Counted from the first letter of the stretch, positions 27,095 to 37,448 are shown. The stretch: DNA of 64,000 nucleotides from Candidatus Poribacteria bacterium (GCA_965205025.1 CBDBFU010000011.1:96001-160000), one strand, 5' to 3'. Notes: generated from the sequence alone by a model not told the origin. Translations and numbers: made by a program.

Positions 27095-27285
27095 GTAGTA
27101 TAAACTCATCGCACACACTTTGATAATCCATCCACGTGGTGGGATCGGTCGTTTTGCCTTCTGTCCACTAATCTGATAAAGGATCTTAGTCGGTTTACCT
27201 TCACGAGTGATTTCACACCAGAGAACCCACTGATCTAATTTTTGAGTTCTTTAGGGGCAGCCGTATATGGGTCAGTATAATTCAT
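27095..27285 (-). pseudogene. Phage primase-polymerase (NrS-1-like) N-terminal remnant
   Basis: With frameshifts reads PKELK.LDQWVLWCEITREGKPTKILYQISGQKA..TDPTTWMDY, matching the PxELKxxxQWVxW...GKxTKxPY...AxxxDPxTW pattern. Confidence 0.6.
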
Positions 27286-27349
27286 ACCTAACTATTTTTA
27301 CTTTACAAAATCCTTCCAAATATAGTATCCTGATTAAATCATGAAAACT

Positions 27350-27442
27350 TGGTAGAGATTCTTACCCGTGTCGCAAGGCGCGGTCTCTACCATCAACAGT
27401 CTGAAGACCGGAAGTTCGTGATCGTGGTGGTTCGTGACTTCC
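27350..27442 (+). ncRNA. Candidate structured RNA (two hairpins, GCAA tetraloop)
   Basis: TGGTAGAGA/TCTCTACCA enclosing CCGTGTC-GCAA-GGCGCGG; second stem GGAAGT/ACTTCC. Confidence 0.35.
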
Positions 27443-27556
27443 AAAGTTAACATAACCTACAAACGCATAAATTAATATACCTAAACCAATTAAACTCTTT
27501 ACTGAGTTCGTGATATGTGGGGATAATACCCCTCACGCCAAAAAGGGAGAATACCC

Positions 27557-28117
27557 ATGAAAAAGTTTGTCGGAATACTGATAACTCTGTTTATTATCAT
27601 GACTTTCTCAGGATATACGAAACAGGAGACACCTGACGTTAAAATTGGAATATTCGCTGATGTAAGATGTAATGACAAAAACATGAAAATATTAATTGAA
27701 CGATATATTTCCAAAGAATTAAAGAGTTTAGATGGTGTCCACTTAGGACTTACAAGTTTAGGTGAAATTGTTCTCTTTGCTGAAAATCTATCTATAACTC
27801 ATTATTTGCATATCCTTGCAGTTGAAGCTGAACGGATAGGAATTGGCAAAACTGGCGAGATAGCAGTTTCCGCTGCTTATACTGAAATTATTGATCCTGC
27901 TTCAGAACTTGCACCTGTCCTTCAATCTCGTTTATCACCTAAAACTTACAGTGACGTATCAAAAGATCTCGCTGGGAAAAAATGGCTACTATCGCTTGAA
28001 GTAATGCGTGGTCATTTTCTAAAGCTTGGTCATAAAAGAGACTTGGAAAATATCTGTAAAAAAATTGTTAATAACTTTGATGAAACAACATTCCATTCAT
28101 CACGAAAAAGCAGATGA
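27557..28117 (+). CDS. Hypothetical exported protein
   Basis: MKK plus hydrophobic signal-like N-terminus; GGGAG RBS. Confidence 0.65.
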   Translation: MKKFVGILITLFIIMTFSGYTKQETPDVKIGIFADVRCNDKNMKILIERYISKELKSLDGVHLGLTSLGEIVLFAENLSITHYLHILAVEAERIGIGKTGEIAVSAAYTEIIDPASELAPVLQSRLSPKTYSDVSKDLAGKKWLLSLEVMRGHFLKLGHKRDLENICKKIVNNFDETTFHSSRKSR

Positions 28118-28330
28118 TTTATGAAACGTCATCCATTACTTGACTTTGACCCTGATACTGGTAGTCAAACACCGAAGATGGATTTAGATTAGAAAATAGG
28201 CTGTTTCGGTGTAGGCAGTTTCTATTTTTTGATTGCCCTGATTTTTTACCATATTTTCATAAAAGGGTGTTGAACACCTCCGTTAATCAAATCAAGATTA
28301 TTATTGTAGATATATCAGATATGTTAAAAC

Positions 28331-28369
28331 ATACTAAAGTTTGGACATAAATTGTCCAAACTTTAGTAT
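28331..28369. repeat. Perfect 17-bp palindrome made of two MITE-B ends (possibly also a terminator)
   Basis: ATACTAAAGTTTGGACA-TAAAT-TGTCCAAACTTTAGTAT between convergent genes. Confidence 0.8.
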
Positions 28370-28464
28370 AGTAATAGTTTATAATAGATAAAATTAATCA
28401 CATCTATGATTGGCACAAATTTACGAGTACAGAATGCACCATTATAGCAGACAGTTATATTAAC

Positions 28465-29253
28465 TTACCGTTTTAGATTTCCCCAAGTTGTAGTCAATTT
28501 GCCGCGGACAGAAACAACCAGTGTTTCGTTGATGATTTTCTGTATATCCGCTTCTGATAAGGCATAGTTAGCTAACATGAGTTCGTCCATACTTCCTTGA
28601 AAGAATCTTGGACAACATCCATTAGCTTCACCACCAAACCTTAAGACTCGATCAGGCGCACTTCTACCTGGACCTTTTTGAGGAATTACTTTCCCATCGT
28701 GTTCACCGTTGAAATAAAACTTTGCTTCGCTGCCATCCCATACAAGTGCTACATGTGACCACTCTTTTGCTTTTATCTTCCCATCAGAAATATGATATCC
28801 TGGAGAAGTAGTGTCATAAAAATAGTATGCAAGTTGACCTGCTCCCGGTTCAATCTGTAAATAATAACTGTTTTTATAGAAAATTGTACCTTTATTTTCC
28901 TGACCTCCAGCTGGGAGTTCATCCGGAAATATCCATGCCATCATTGTTATCGCTGCATCAATATCAATTTCATTTGAATTGGGAACTTCAATAAACTGGG
29001 ACTTACCCACTTCTCCTGACATTTTTACTGCCTTCCCAAGTATCCCATCTGTCCATTTGATATCTCCGTTAATTTCTCCCTCTAAACCAGCAGTTGCGTC
29101 TTTAACTTTATTTCCACTTCCTTCATCAAAATGCCACACATATAACTTTTTGCCGAGTTGTGCCTGATTTCCTTTACCTCCAGCTGTGAACCCGTCATTG
29201 CAAATAGTTATACTTAGAAAAAGAATCAATATTATCCAAATATGGAACTTCAT
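28465..29253 (-). CDS. Secreted LamG-like jellyroll protein with C-terminal GKLTTTW motif
   Basis: WHFDEGSG, WSHVALVWDG, FQGSMDE, VSVRGKLTTTWGNLKR. Confidence 0.88.
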   Translation of the reverse strand: MKFHIWIILILFLSITICNDGFTAGGKGNQAQLGKKLYVWHFDEGSGNKVKDATAGLEGEINGDIKWTDGILGKAVKMSGEVGKSQFIEVPNSNEIDIDAAITMMAWIFPDELPAGGQENKGTIFYKNSYYLQIEPGAGQLAYYFYDTTSPGYHISDGKIKAKEWSHVALVWDGSEAKFYFNGEHDGKVIPQKGPGRSAPDRVLRFGGEANGCCPRFFQGSMDELMLANYALSEADIQKIINETLVVSVRGKLTTTWGNLKR

Positions 29254-29400
29254 TGTGCTCCTCCATGTATGTAATTATGTTAGTATTGGTAATGTGACAG
29301 GATTAACTATAGAATTTTTGAGGTAGAGGGTAGGTGAATTACCTACCCAAGGTTAAGTGAGAGAAGTGTTACAGTGAATTACAATATTTAAAGTAAGTAA

Positions 29401-30171
29401 TTATTCTTTAATATCCGCCCAAGTTGTAGCCAATTTCCCACCCGGAGATACATCAAAGAATACACCTTTATTCATATCACTGTTGATTTCATCTTCTGAT
29501 AAAGCACGGCTGTAGACAGCAACTTCATCAACCATACCGATCATCCCCGCAAGACCTGTTTGACCTTTTCCTATATGAAAGACAATATCTACGCTGGTAA
29601 TCTTACCTGCGGGTGGTTTGAATTCAACATCCAATTTTCCATCTATATATTGACGTATCATATCACCATCATAGGTTGATGAGACATGATGCCATTCTTT
29701 CAAGGCAGGTTTAATCGTTTGTTTGTTACGAGTTCCTTTCCAACCGCTTATGTCAATCCACGTCTCAATTTGGGGAGCACCTGTAAACTGTGCACTCCAT
29801 TGTAGACAATATCCACCTTGGTTACCAGAGGTTCTACGACCCATAAGGTTTGAATCTCCTTGAGATTCTTCTGGAAAAAACCACGCCTGGATTGTGAGTT
29901 GATCAGTTATATCAAGCTCAGGAACTGCACCTATCTCAACGAATTTTCCTGTTCCATCCAGATGTATACAACCCCCAAATTTTCCGTCTTTTGACCAAGT
30001 TGCTCCATTAAAGGTTGCTTCAAGATTATTACCACTTGCATCTTTAGCTGTATTACCTGTCCCCTCGTCAAAAGGAAAATACATCATGAGATCTTTGTCA
30101 TCATTAATGCCCCATGCATTATAAGATAGGGTAATAAAGAAGATTAGGGCTGAAATAGATATAATTTTCAT
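29401..30171 (-). CDS. Secreted LamG-like jellyroll protein with C-terminal GKLATTW motif
   Basis: YFPFDEGTG, WHHVSSTYDG, DEVAVYSRALS, VSPGGKLATTWADIKE. Confidence 0.9.
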   Translation of the reverse strand: MKIISISALIFFITLSYNAWGINDDKDLMMYFPFDEGTGNTAKDASGNNLEATFNGATWSKDGKFGGCIHLDGTGKFVEIGAVPELDITDQLTIQAWFFPEESQGDSNLMGRRTSGNQGGYCLQWSAQFTGAPQIETWIDISGWKGTRNKQTIKPALKEWHHVSSTYDGDMIRQYIDGKLDVEFKPPAGKITSVDIVFHIGKGQTGLAGMIGMVDEVAVYSRALSEDEINSDMNKGVFFDVSPGGKLATTWADIKE

Positions 30172-30298
30172 TTGGTTTACTCCTTACTGTATTGGTTAAT
30201 ACATATCCAATATCTTATTAAAGGTTAAATGAGTGAAGTATTTGACTGGATTAAGTACATATTGTTCGAAACAAACTAAAAGTAGTAATAATGCTAAT

Positions 30299-31933
30299 TT
30301 AGAATCTTGATATTTCAAGTTCTTTTGATGTAATGAACTCCAATAAAACAGGTACACCTTCTTCTGTCTTTTGGATACCGCGTTTTATTGCAGGTATAAT
30401 ATCTTCAGGAGATTCGACTCGTTCACCGTAACCACCAAACGCTTTAGCCATATCTGCATAATTGCCAGATATATCTGTTGATCGGTATTTCTCAGTTGAG
30501 ACTTGCATGATAGGAATTTCAATTGCCATAGAGAAGTTATTGAATAACACAGAAAGTATGGGAATTCTTTCGCGTACTGCAGTCTCAAAATCCATGCCAG
30601 TAAATCCAATTGCTGCATCACCCCAAACATTTACACAAAGAGCATCAGGTTTAGCAAGTTTAGCACCCATTGCTAAACCAAGACCGTAACCGAGTTGTGT
30701 GGTTTTACCCCATCCTATATATGAGAGTGGCGTAACAGATTCCCAGAAAGGAGAGAGTTGATCCCGCGGACTACCAGCATCATGTGTGATAATTGTGTTC
30801 TTAACATCAACTGTCTGCATCATATCCCATATTACACGATACGGGGTCATAGGATTTTCGGTTGAGGTAAGTTTCGGCATCCACTGTTTTAACCATTCCT
30901 TTTTAATGTCACTTATTTCTGTAGTAACCGATGTTGCATCTCTTTCAGGTTTTCCTTTTATACGTTCACGAATTGCCTCTACCAATCCTTCTAAAATTAA
31001 TCGTGCATCACCAACCAGAGCTGCATCTACTGGAACATCTTTGTTTATATCTTCGGGATCTAATGTTGCATGTATAACGCGTTTTCCATCTGGAATAGTT
31101 ACCCCGAAGTTAGTTCTTGTGAAGCTACATCCAATTCCAAATAGTAAGTCTGTCTTTTCGAGAAAATGATGTAAAGGTTTTGGGATGGAACGACCACCAG
31201 AACCAAGGGATAATGGATGATTTTCAGGGAAAGCACTTTTACCACCTAAGCTTGTTGTTACAGGGGCAGCAAGAAGCTCAGCAAGTTCAATCAGAGAATC
31301 CCATGCTTGGGCATAATGAACACCTTGTCCTGCATAGATGACGGGACATACAGCATCAATTAATGCAGCTGCTACCGCATCAATCTCAGAACTATCAGGA
31401 ACATAACGTACTTTTGGCACAGGTATTGGATCAAATGGTTCTGGTACTTCTGCATTCATCAAATCTCCTGGTATCTCCACAAGAGTTGGTCTGGGTCTAC
31501 CGTTCCTTACCTGTGTAAAAGCACGTCGCATTACCTCTGGAAGTGCCTCAGGAATCGTCAATTGTTCACAGGATTTTGTTACATTTCGATAGTTCAAAGA
31601 GGAATTAAAGTTGGGTTGTATCTGTGTTAATGTTCGAGCGTATCCCATAGGTAGAACAACAATAGGTGCTGAATCTCCATAGGCTTGTGCAACGCCTCCA
31701 AAAGCATTTTCAGATCCTGGTCCACTCTGCATACAAAAAACACCGATCTTTTCACCAGAAGTTATTCTACTTAATGCATCAGCCATGTGTAAACCGATAC
31801 GTTCTTGCCGAACAATTATAGGTCTAATATCAACCTTTGCAGCTGCCTCTATCAAATGGTTCACAGGATAGGCAAAAAGATATTCTACTCCTTCTGCCTT
31901 TAAAACTTTAGCAACCGCATCAATGACTTTCAT
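30299..31933 (-). CDS. Thiamine diphosphate-dependent enzyme (acetolactate synthase/2-hydroxyacyl-CoA lyase superfamily)
   Basis: RQERIG catalytic Glu; GDAAIGFTGMDFETAVRERIP...FNN ThDP motif. Confidence 0.9.
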   Translation of the reverse strand: MKVIDAVAKVLKAEGVEYLFAYPVNHLIEAAAKVDIRPIIVRQERIGLHMADALSRITSGEKIGVFCMQSGPGSENAFGGVAQAYGDSAPIVVLPMGYARTLTQIQPNFNSSLNYRNVTKSCEQLTIPEALPEVMRRAFTQVRNGRPRPTLVEIPGDLMNAEVPEPFDPIPVPKVRYVPDSSEIDAVAAALIDAVCPVIYAGQGVHYAQAWDSLIELAELLAAPVTTSLGGKSAFPENHPLSLGSGGRSIPKPLHHFLEKTDLLFGIGCSFTRTNFGVTIPDGKRVIHATLDPEDINKDVPVDAALVGDARLILEGLVEAIRERIKGKPERDATSVTTEISDIKKEWLKQWMPKLTSTENPMTPYRVIWDMMQTVDVKNTIITHDAGSPRDQLSPFWESVTPLSYIGWGKTTQLGYGLGLAMGAKLAKPDALCVNVWGDAAIGFTGMDFETAVRERIPILSVLFNNFSMAIEIPIMQVSTEKYRSTDISGNYADMAKAFGGYGERVESPEDIIPAIKRGIQKTEEGVPVLLEFITSKELEISRF

Positions 31934-31951
31934 ATAATAACTCCTCTGTTT

Positions 31952-32761
31952 CTATTGTGAAGTGGTAGGAATACCCGAATCCATAACAAGTGGAAAATGG
32001 TCACCTGCCAGTTTTTCTCCATTATTCACAGTGACAAAAGGTTTCATTACATGATTGCCACTCTCATCATATAATGTCTCGCTTGTCATATAATGTACTG
32101 CTATCGCACGTCTGGGACTTCCACTCTTATTGTCATGAGATCCATGCCAAGTTAGTGAGTGATGATAATGGACATATCCTTTTGGTACAGGGCAAAGTTC
32201 CACATCCAATTCATTATCCTCAAATTTTTCTGGCATAGAATGTATATCTGGCACAGTATGTAAGAATGAAATCTGATTTCCCCATTTATATGAACCTGGG
32301 ACCATACGCATACACCCATTACTTTCATCAACATCATCTAATGCTACCCAACCTGTAACTTGACTTGTCTTTGGTGTAAGTATAGGCCAGTAGGGTGAAT
32401 CCTGATGCCACATGTTAACACCACCTACCTGCGCAGGTTTGTATTGTATCTGATCATGCCAAACTCTAACTTCTGTGGCAGATGTTAACTGTCCTATCTC
32501 TTCAACAATAGAAGGATTGTATACCAATTCATGATAGGCAGAACTCGCTTCCCAAATATTCACTATTTGCCAGACAGGAGTCTCTTCCTTACCGCCAAGG
32601 TTAACAATATGGACGGGTTGTGGGATATCCTCTTTTTTGTAATCATCTATGACCCGTGTCAATTCAGATCGTAATTCGTCAACCTGGTCATCACTTAATA
32701 CACGACTTCCAAGGACAAAGCCCTTCTCACTAAATGTGTCGATTTGGGCTTGATTCAGCAT
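31952..32761 (-). CDS. PhyH family Fe(II)/2OG dioxygenase (tandem paralog 1)
   Basis: WHQD, VALDDVDESNGCM..PGS, WHGS...RRA. Confidence 0.92.
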   Translation of the reverse strand: MLNQAQIDTFSEKGFVLGSRVLSDDQVDELRSELTRVIDDYKKEDIPQPVHIVNLGGKEETPVWQIVNIWEASSAYHELVYNPSIVEEIGQLTSATEVRVWHDQIQYKPAQVGGVNMWHQDSPYWPILTPKTSQVTGWVALDDVDESNGCMRMVPGSYKWGNQISFLHTVPDIHSMPEKFEDNELDVELCPVPKGYVHYHHSLTWHGSHDNKSGSPRRAIAVHYMTSETLYDESGNHVMKPFVTVNNGEKLAGDHFPLVMDSGIPTTSQ

Positions 32762-32884
32762 ATTTATCTCCGATTCATAGTTATTTAATAAGATTGAATT
32801 ATATTATATGTATGAAAGAAATGCTAATTACTTCTCATCTAAGGATGAAAATATGGTAAATGACTTATTCACATAATGGTGATA

Positions 32885-33697
32885 TTACGATACTGCTTTC
32901 GTTGGATTACCAGATTCCATTACAAGCGGAAAATGGTCACCTGTAAGTTTATCTCCATTATTGACGGTTACAAACGGTTTCATTAAGTGGTTTCCACTTT
33001 CATCGTAGATTGTCTCACTGGTCATATAATGAACTGCTATTGCTCTCCGAGCAGCATCGCTTGTGTTGTCATGTGAACCGTGCCAAGTTAAAGAGTGATG
33101 ATAATGGACATGACCTTTCGACACAGGACATAGTTCCACAGATAGATCATTCTCTTCATAATTATCAGGCATTGTATGTATATCTGGTAGTGTCCGTAAG
33201 AAATCCATCTGACTACCCCAGTGGTATGATCCTGGAACCATTCGCATACAACCGTTATTTTCATCAACATCATCCAATGCAACCCAGGCTGTCACTTGGC
33301 TTGTTTTCGGCATGAGTATTCCCCATAAAGGAGAATCTTGATGCCATCGATTAACACCACCTATTTGTGGGGGTTTGTATTGAATTTGGTCGTGCCAAAC
33401 ACGTAACTCTATCGAAGAGGTTAACTGCCCTATTTCTTCAACAACGGTTGGATTATATATAAGTTTGTGAAAAGCATGACTTGCTTCCCATATATTTACA
33501 ATCTGCCAAACAGGACTCTCTTCTTTTCCACCAAGATTGGCAATGCGAACAGGCTGTTTTACATCAGGTTTCTCATATTCATCAATCACCCTTGCTAATT
33601 CAGAGCGCAATTCCTCAACTTCATCATCAGATAAAACACGGTTTCCAAGGAGAAACCCCTTCTTTTGAAACAAATCCACCTGTGATTGAGTAAGCAT
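32885..33697 (-). CDS. PhyH family Fe(II)/2OG dioxygenase (tandem paralog 2)
   Basis: Same motifs; collinear with 31952..32761. Confidence 0.92.
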   Translation of the reverse strand: MLTQSQVDLFQKKGFLLGNRVLSDDEVEELRSELARVIDEYEKPDVKQPVRIANLGGKEESPVWQIVNIWEASHAFHKLIYNPTVVEEIGQLTSSIELRVWHDQIQYKPPQIGGVNRWHQDSPLWGILMPKTSQVTAWVALDDVDENNGCMRMVPGSYHWGSQMDFLRTLPDIHTMPDNYEENDLSVELCPVSKGHVHYHHSLTWHGSHDNTSDAARRAIAVHYMTSETIYDESGNHLMKPFVTVNNGDKLTGDHFPLVMESGNPTKAVS

Positions 33698-33772
33698 ATT
33701 CTATTCGTCTCCTAAGCAGTAAGTCTACGGCATTATATCATTTAAGTTTCTTTGAGTCAATGTACATAAACA

Positions 33773-34807
33773 CTATCCATTCATTACACGGTTTTTCAAT
33801 TCAACCCATTCATCATCAGAGAGTTTTGGTGGATACTCAATTCTGTTCCCAATTAGAGCAGACCGATATGCAGCCATTATTATGTCAAAACCGTGTAGTG
33901 CATATTCAAGTCTGTTACGATGTGGTTGATATTCATCATCAAGCCATGTAGCAATAGCTTGTGTGAATGCTTTCTGTCCAACTTTATCGTCTTCACCAAA
34001 GTGGGTAGGTTCAACAAAAGGATCAACCATACCGTCAAGATGGTATCCCCATGAGCCATTTTCGCGCCACCATATACGCCCCTTGGTACCCCAGAAATCT
34101 ACATTACACCTTGGATTACTGCCTGGGAAATCTATTGTGCCAAATGCAGATCGGGCAGATTCAAAGAATACTCTGGCACCATTCTCAAAGGTATATTGTG
34201 CCATGAGATCTTCAGGACATTGACGATCTGGTACATCATAAATCTCACCACCTTCGACAACACCCCATACATGTGTAATTGTTACATCTTTTAATGCGAA
34301 CAGAACAACATCCATTAAATGTGTGTCCATATCTGTGATGTCTCCTTCTGTACAGGCGCGTATAAAGTGTATGTCACCAAGACTATCTTCAGCAAAAAAT
34401 TCAAGCAATTTTTCAGCAAATGGTAAATACCTCCGTTGATGATTTACGATTATTTTTAAGCCTGTTTTTTCATGAACATCGGCAAGTGCTTCTACTTCAC
34501 TTGGACGAAGAGCAATCGGTTTTTCAATTACCAAGGCTTTAACACCGGCTGCAGCAGCAGGTTCAACCCATATATGACGAGGCACAGTTGGAGCTGTTAC
34601 AGCATGGACAATATCTGGTTTTTCAACTTTTAACATTTCCTCATAATCAGAATATCCAGTAACGTTTAATTCTGAGGTAGCAGCATTACGTGTATCTTCA
34701 TCTATTTCACATAATGCGATTACCTTCATATTATCTATACCCGCATAACAGCGAGCATGGTGGACTCCTCTTCTTCCTCCAACAATTGCTGTTTTATAGG
34801 TTGTCAT
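33773..34807 (-). CDS. Gfo/Idh/MocA family oxidoreductase
   Basis: TAIVGG, IEKPIA, VNHQRRY, DMDTH. Confidence 0.88.
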   Translation of the reverse strand: MTTYKTAIVGGRRGVHHARCYAGIDNMKVIALCEIDEDTRNAATSELNVTGYSDYEEMLKVEKPDIVHAVTAPTVPRHIWVEPAAAAGVKALVIEKPIALRPSEVEALADVHEKTGLKIIVNHQRRYLPFAEKLLEFFAEDSLGDIHFIRACTEGDITDMDTHLMDVVLFALKDVTITHVWGVVEGGEIYDVPDRQCPEDLMAQYTFENGARVFFESARSAFGTIDFPGSNPRCNVDFWGTKGRIWWRENGSWGYHLDGMVDPFVEPTHFGEDDKVGQKAFTQAIATWLDDEYQPHRNRLEYALHGFDIIMAAYRSALIGNRIEYPPKLSDDEWVELKNRVMNG

Positions 34808-35354
34808 ATTTCCTCCATATTATCAGTTGATGACTGATACAAATTAGAGATCCTTCTATATGCTAAGTATTTCCTCTATATCGTTTTAAGATAATTCCTT
34901 CAATTGAACATTCCTACCGGGTACATTATATCAGAATTCATTTTAGAGCATTCTATTATTTACACAAAGCTTATATCTAATAGGTAATCTTATTCGGTAG
35001 AACTTCATACACATAGGATGTATTAACAGGTATGTTCATAATGACTTTCCACATCTATAGACCACGTTTTATTCTTTTTTACTTCTTTATATTTCCTTAT
35101 GTTGGATGTTTCTATTCTTTTCTAATATGCAGTGGACTGAACCCTACATGGGTTTACTACTTTATGGCGTAATCAATCAAGAATCCGTTACGTAGACTAT
35201 TCACCAGATGAAAAAATGTTTACTCTGAGGGTATTAAAGTCTTAAGATTTATTAGATGTATTCTGCAAGGAATCCAATTGATTGAGAATAAACAGGATTT
35301 TTGGTATATTACATTCAAGGACCTTAAATTATCTGACCTATAAGGAGAATTAGA

Positions 35355-37364
35355 ATGGCTGAACAACATCATGAACTTGGTCATGTTTTTTCTGATCCAA
35401 CACAGACTGTTAATGATGCAAGAGGAGCCGCATCACGGGATCTAAACACACCGTATACCTTTCCTAATTATACTAAGGAAGAATGGATAAAAAAGTCTGA
35501 ATCGCTGAGACAACAAATACGGGTTGCCAACGGTTTATTACCTGAACATGAACAATCCCCATTAAATGCACAGATATTTGATAAAATTGAACATGAAGAT
35601 TATTCTGTGGAGAAAGTATATTTTGAAGCTTTTCCAGGTTTCCTTACTACTGGTAATCTCTATAGACCAATAGGTAAAACAGGACCATTTCCAGGTATTG
35701 TTAATCCACACGGACATTGGAATCGAGGAAGGATCGAGAATATTGAACGCGGTTCAATTCCTGCACGTTGTATCAATTTTGCAAAACAGGGATATATCGC
35801 TTTCGCCTACGATATGGTGGGATATAATGACAGTGGGAAACAGATGGAACACCGCTATGGTGGTGGAAACGAAGCATTATGGGGTTTAAGTGCCATGGCA
35901 CTTCAATTACAAAATGGTATTCGTGCCATTGATTTTCTTGAAAGTCTACCAGATGTGGATAGCGAACGAATAGGGTGTACCGGTGCATCTGGTGGTGGAT
36001 CTCAAACTTTCATATTGACTGCAGTTGATGAACGGGTCAAGGTCTCTGCCCCCGTGAATATGATCTCTGCGACGATGCAAGGTGGATGTATATGTGAAAA
36101 CGCTCCAAATCTACGATTAGAAACAAGCAACCTTGAAATAGGAGCATTGATGGCACCACGACCACTCCTCCTTGTATCTTGTACAGGTGATTGGACATCC
36201 AAGACTCCCACAGTGGAATATCCTGCAATCAAGAGTATATATTCATTTTTTGATGCTGAGGATAAGATACATCAAGTACAGGTGGATGCAGAACATAATT
36301 ACAATTTGGCAAGTCGGGAAGCAGTATATGCGTGGTTTGCTAAATGGTTATTAGGGGTCGAAAATACATCTTCATACAAAGAAGTTCCGTATGAGGTAGA
36401 AACTGATGAGGACTTTTTGGCTTTTGCTAACAGAGAACTACCTTCTCATTCTTTGAAACAAGAGGAGATATTACCAGCTTGGATAAACCGATCAGTTATA
36501 GCGATTGACAATACTAAACCATCAAACGAGAGTGAACATAAGGTATTTTCAGATGAGATGGGTTCCGCACTAAAACATTCACTTGGATTGCATATCCCAA
36601 AAAGTAGTAATATTACCCAATATGAACCTAAAGGTGCATTCCCAACAAGCTACCAGACAAATTTCTCTGCACAACACTTTGTTATAGGAAGGAAAGGTAT
36701 TGGGGATGCAATTCCTTCAGTACTTTTCCGTACTGAGCCATTGGTAGGTCATGATCCTGTTGTCGTTATTGTCCATCCTGAAGGTAAAGAAAAAATGATA
36801 GATGTAGAGTCTGGTGAACCCTTACCCATCATCACAGATCTCATAAGTTCTGATCGTAAAGTATTGACTATTGATGTATTTGGGACTGGAGAACATAGGG
36901 AGTATGAAAGATCGGAAGAAACAGGTTTTTTTACAACTTATAATCGAACAACAGCTGCATTACGTATTCAGGATATTTTAACAGTCCTTCTATATTACTC
37001 TACCAGAGGTGATGTATCTGATGTGAGTTTAATTGGTATTGGAGAAGCAGGGTTGTGGGGTTTACTCGCAGCAGGATTTACAAATATAAAGAATGTTGTA
37101 GTAGATGCAGCACAATTTGATAATAGTGTAGACATTTCATTCTTAGAATCATTACCTATTCCGAGTATCCGTAGAGTAGGTGATTTTCGTACTGCAGGAA
37201 CATTGATTGCTCCTCGGAATCTGATAATACATAACACAGGTGATATTTTTGACAGTTCATGGGTTGAAGATGTATACCGAAATATCGGAGCAGAAGAGAA
37301 TCTACTTGTGAGAAAGGATGAGATGGATGATAGTGAAATAGCAGGCAGAATTGCTGAACAGTAG
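35355..37364 (+). CDS. Acetyl xylan esterase/alpha-beta hydrolase with duplicated hydrolase domain
   Basis: NPHGH, GCTGASGGG nucleophile elbow, GGCICEN, APRPLL, EHNY. Confidence 0.82.
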   Translation: MAEQHHELGHVFSDPTQTVNDARGAASRDLNTPYTFPNYTKEEWIKKSESLRQQIRVANGLLPEHEQSPLNAQIFDKIEHEDYSVEKVYFEAFPGFLTTGNLYRPIGKTGPFPGIVNPHGHWNRGRIENIERGSIPARCINFAKQGYIAFAYDMVGYNDSGKQMEHRYGGGNEALWGLSAMALQLQNGIRAIDFLESLPDVDSERIGCTGASGGGSQTFILTAVDERVKVSAPVNMISATMQGGCICENAPNLRLETSNLEIGALMAPRPLLLVSCTGDWTSKTPTVEYPAIKSIYSFFDAEDKIHQVQVDAEHNYNLASREAVYAWFAKWLLGVENTSSYKEVPYEVETDEDFLAFANRELPSHSLKQEEILPAWINRSVIAIDNTKPSNESEHKVFSDEMGSALKHSLGLHIPKSSNITQYEPKGAFPTSYQTNFSAQHFVIGRKGIGDAIPSVLFRTEPLVGHDPVVVIVHPEGKEKMIDVESGEPLPIITDLISSDRKVLTIDVFGTGEHREYERSEETGFFTTYNRTTAALRIQDILTVLLYYSTRGDVSDVSLIGIGEAGLWGLLAAGFTNIKNVVVDAAQFDNSVDISFLESLPIPSIRRVGDFRTAGTLIAPRNLIIHNTGDIFDSSWVEDVYRNIGAEENLLVRKDEMDDSEIAGRIAEQ

Positions 37365-37371
37365 AATGAAG

Positions 37372-37398
37372 TAAGGACGGACATAGTGTCCGTCCTTA
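37372..37398. terminator. Hairpin between convergent genes
   Basis: TAAGGACGGACA-TAG-TGTCCGTCCTTA perfect 12-bp stem. Confidence 0.7.
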
Positions 37399-37448
37399 TT
37401 ACAAAATAGTTGAATGACACTATAGAATATCATTCATGTATATGATAT

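Noticed and set aside
28409-28428. Possible sigma-54 promoter TGGCACAAATTTACG
   Set aside because: Lacks the GC at -12 and points into the 3' end of an opposite-strand gene
35041-35235. Possible remnant of a WD40-type exported protein (…YSPDEK…)
   Set aside because: Too short and degenerate to support
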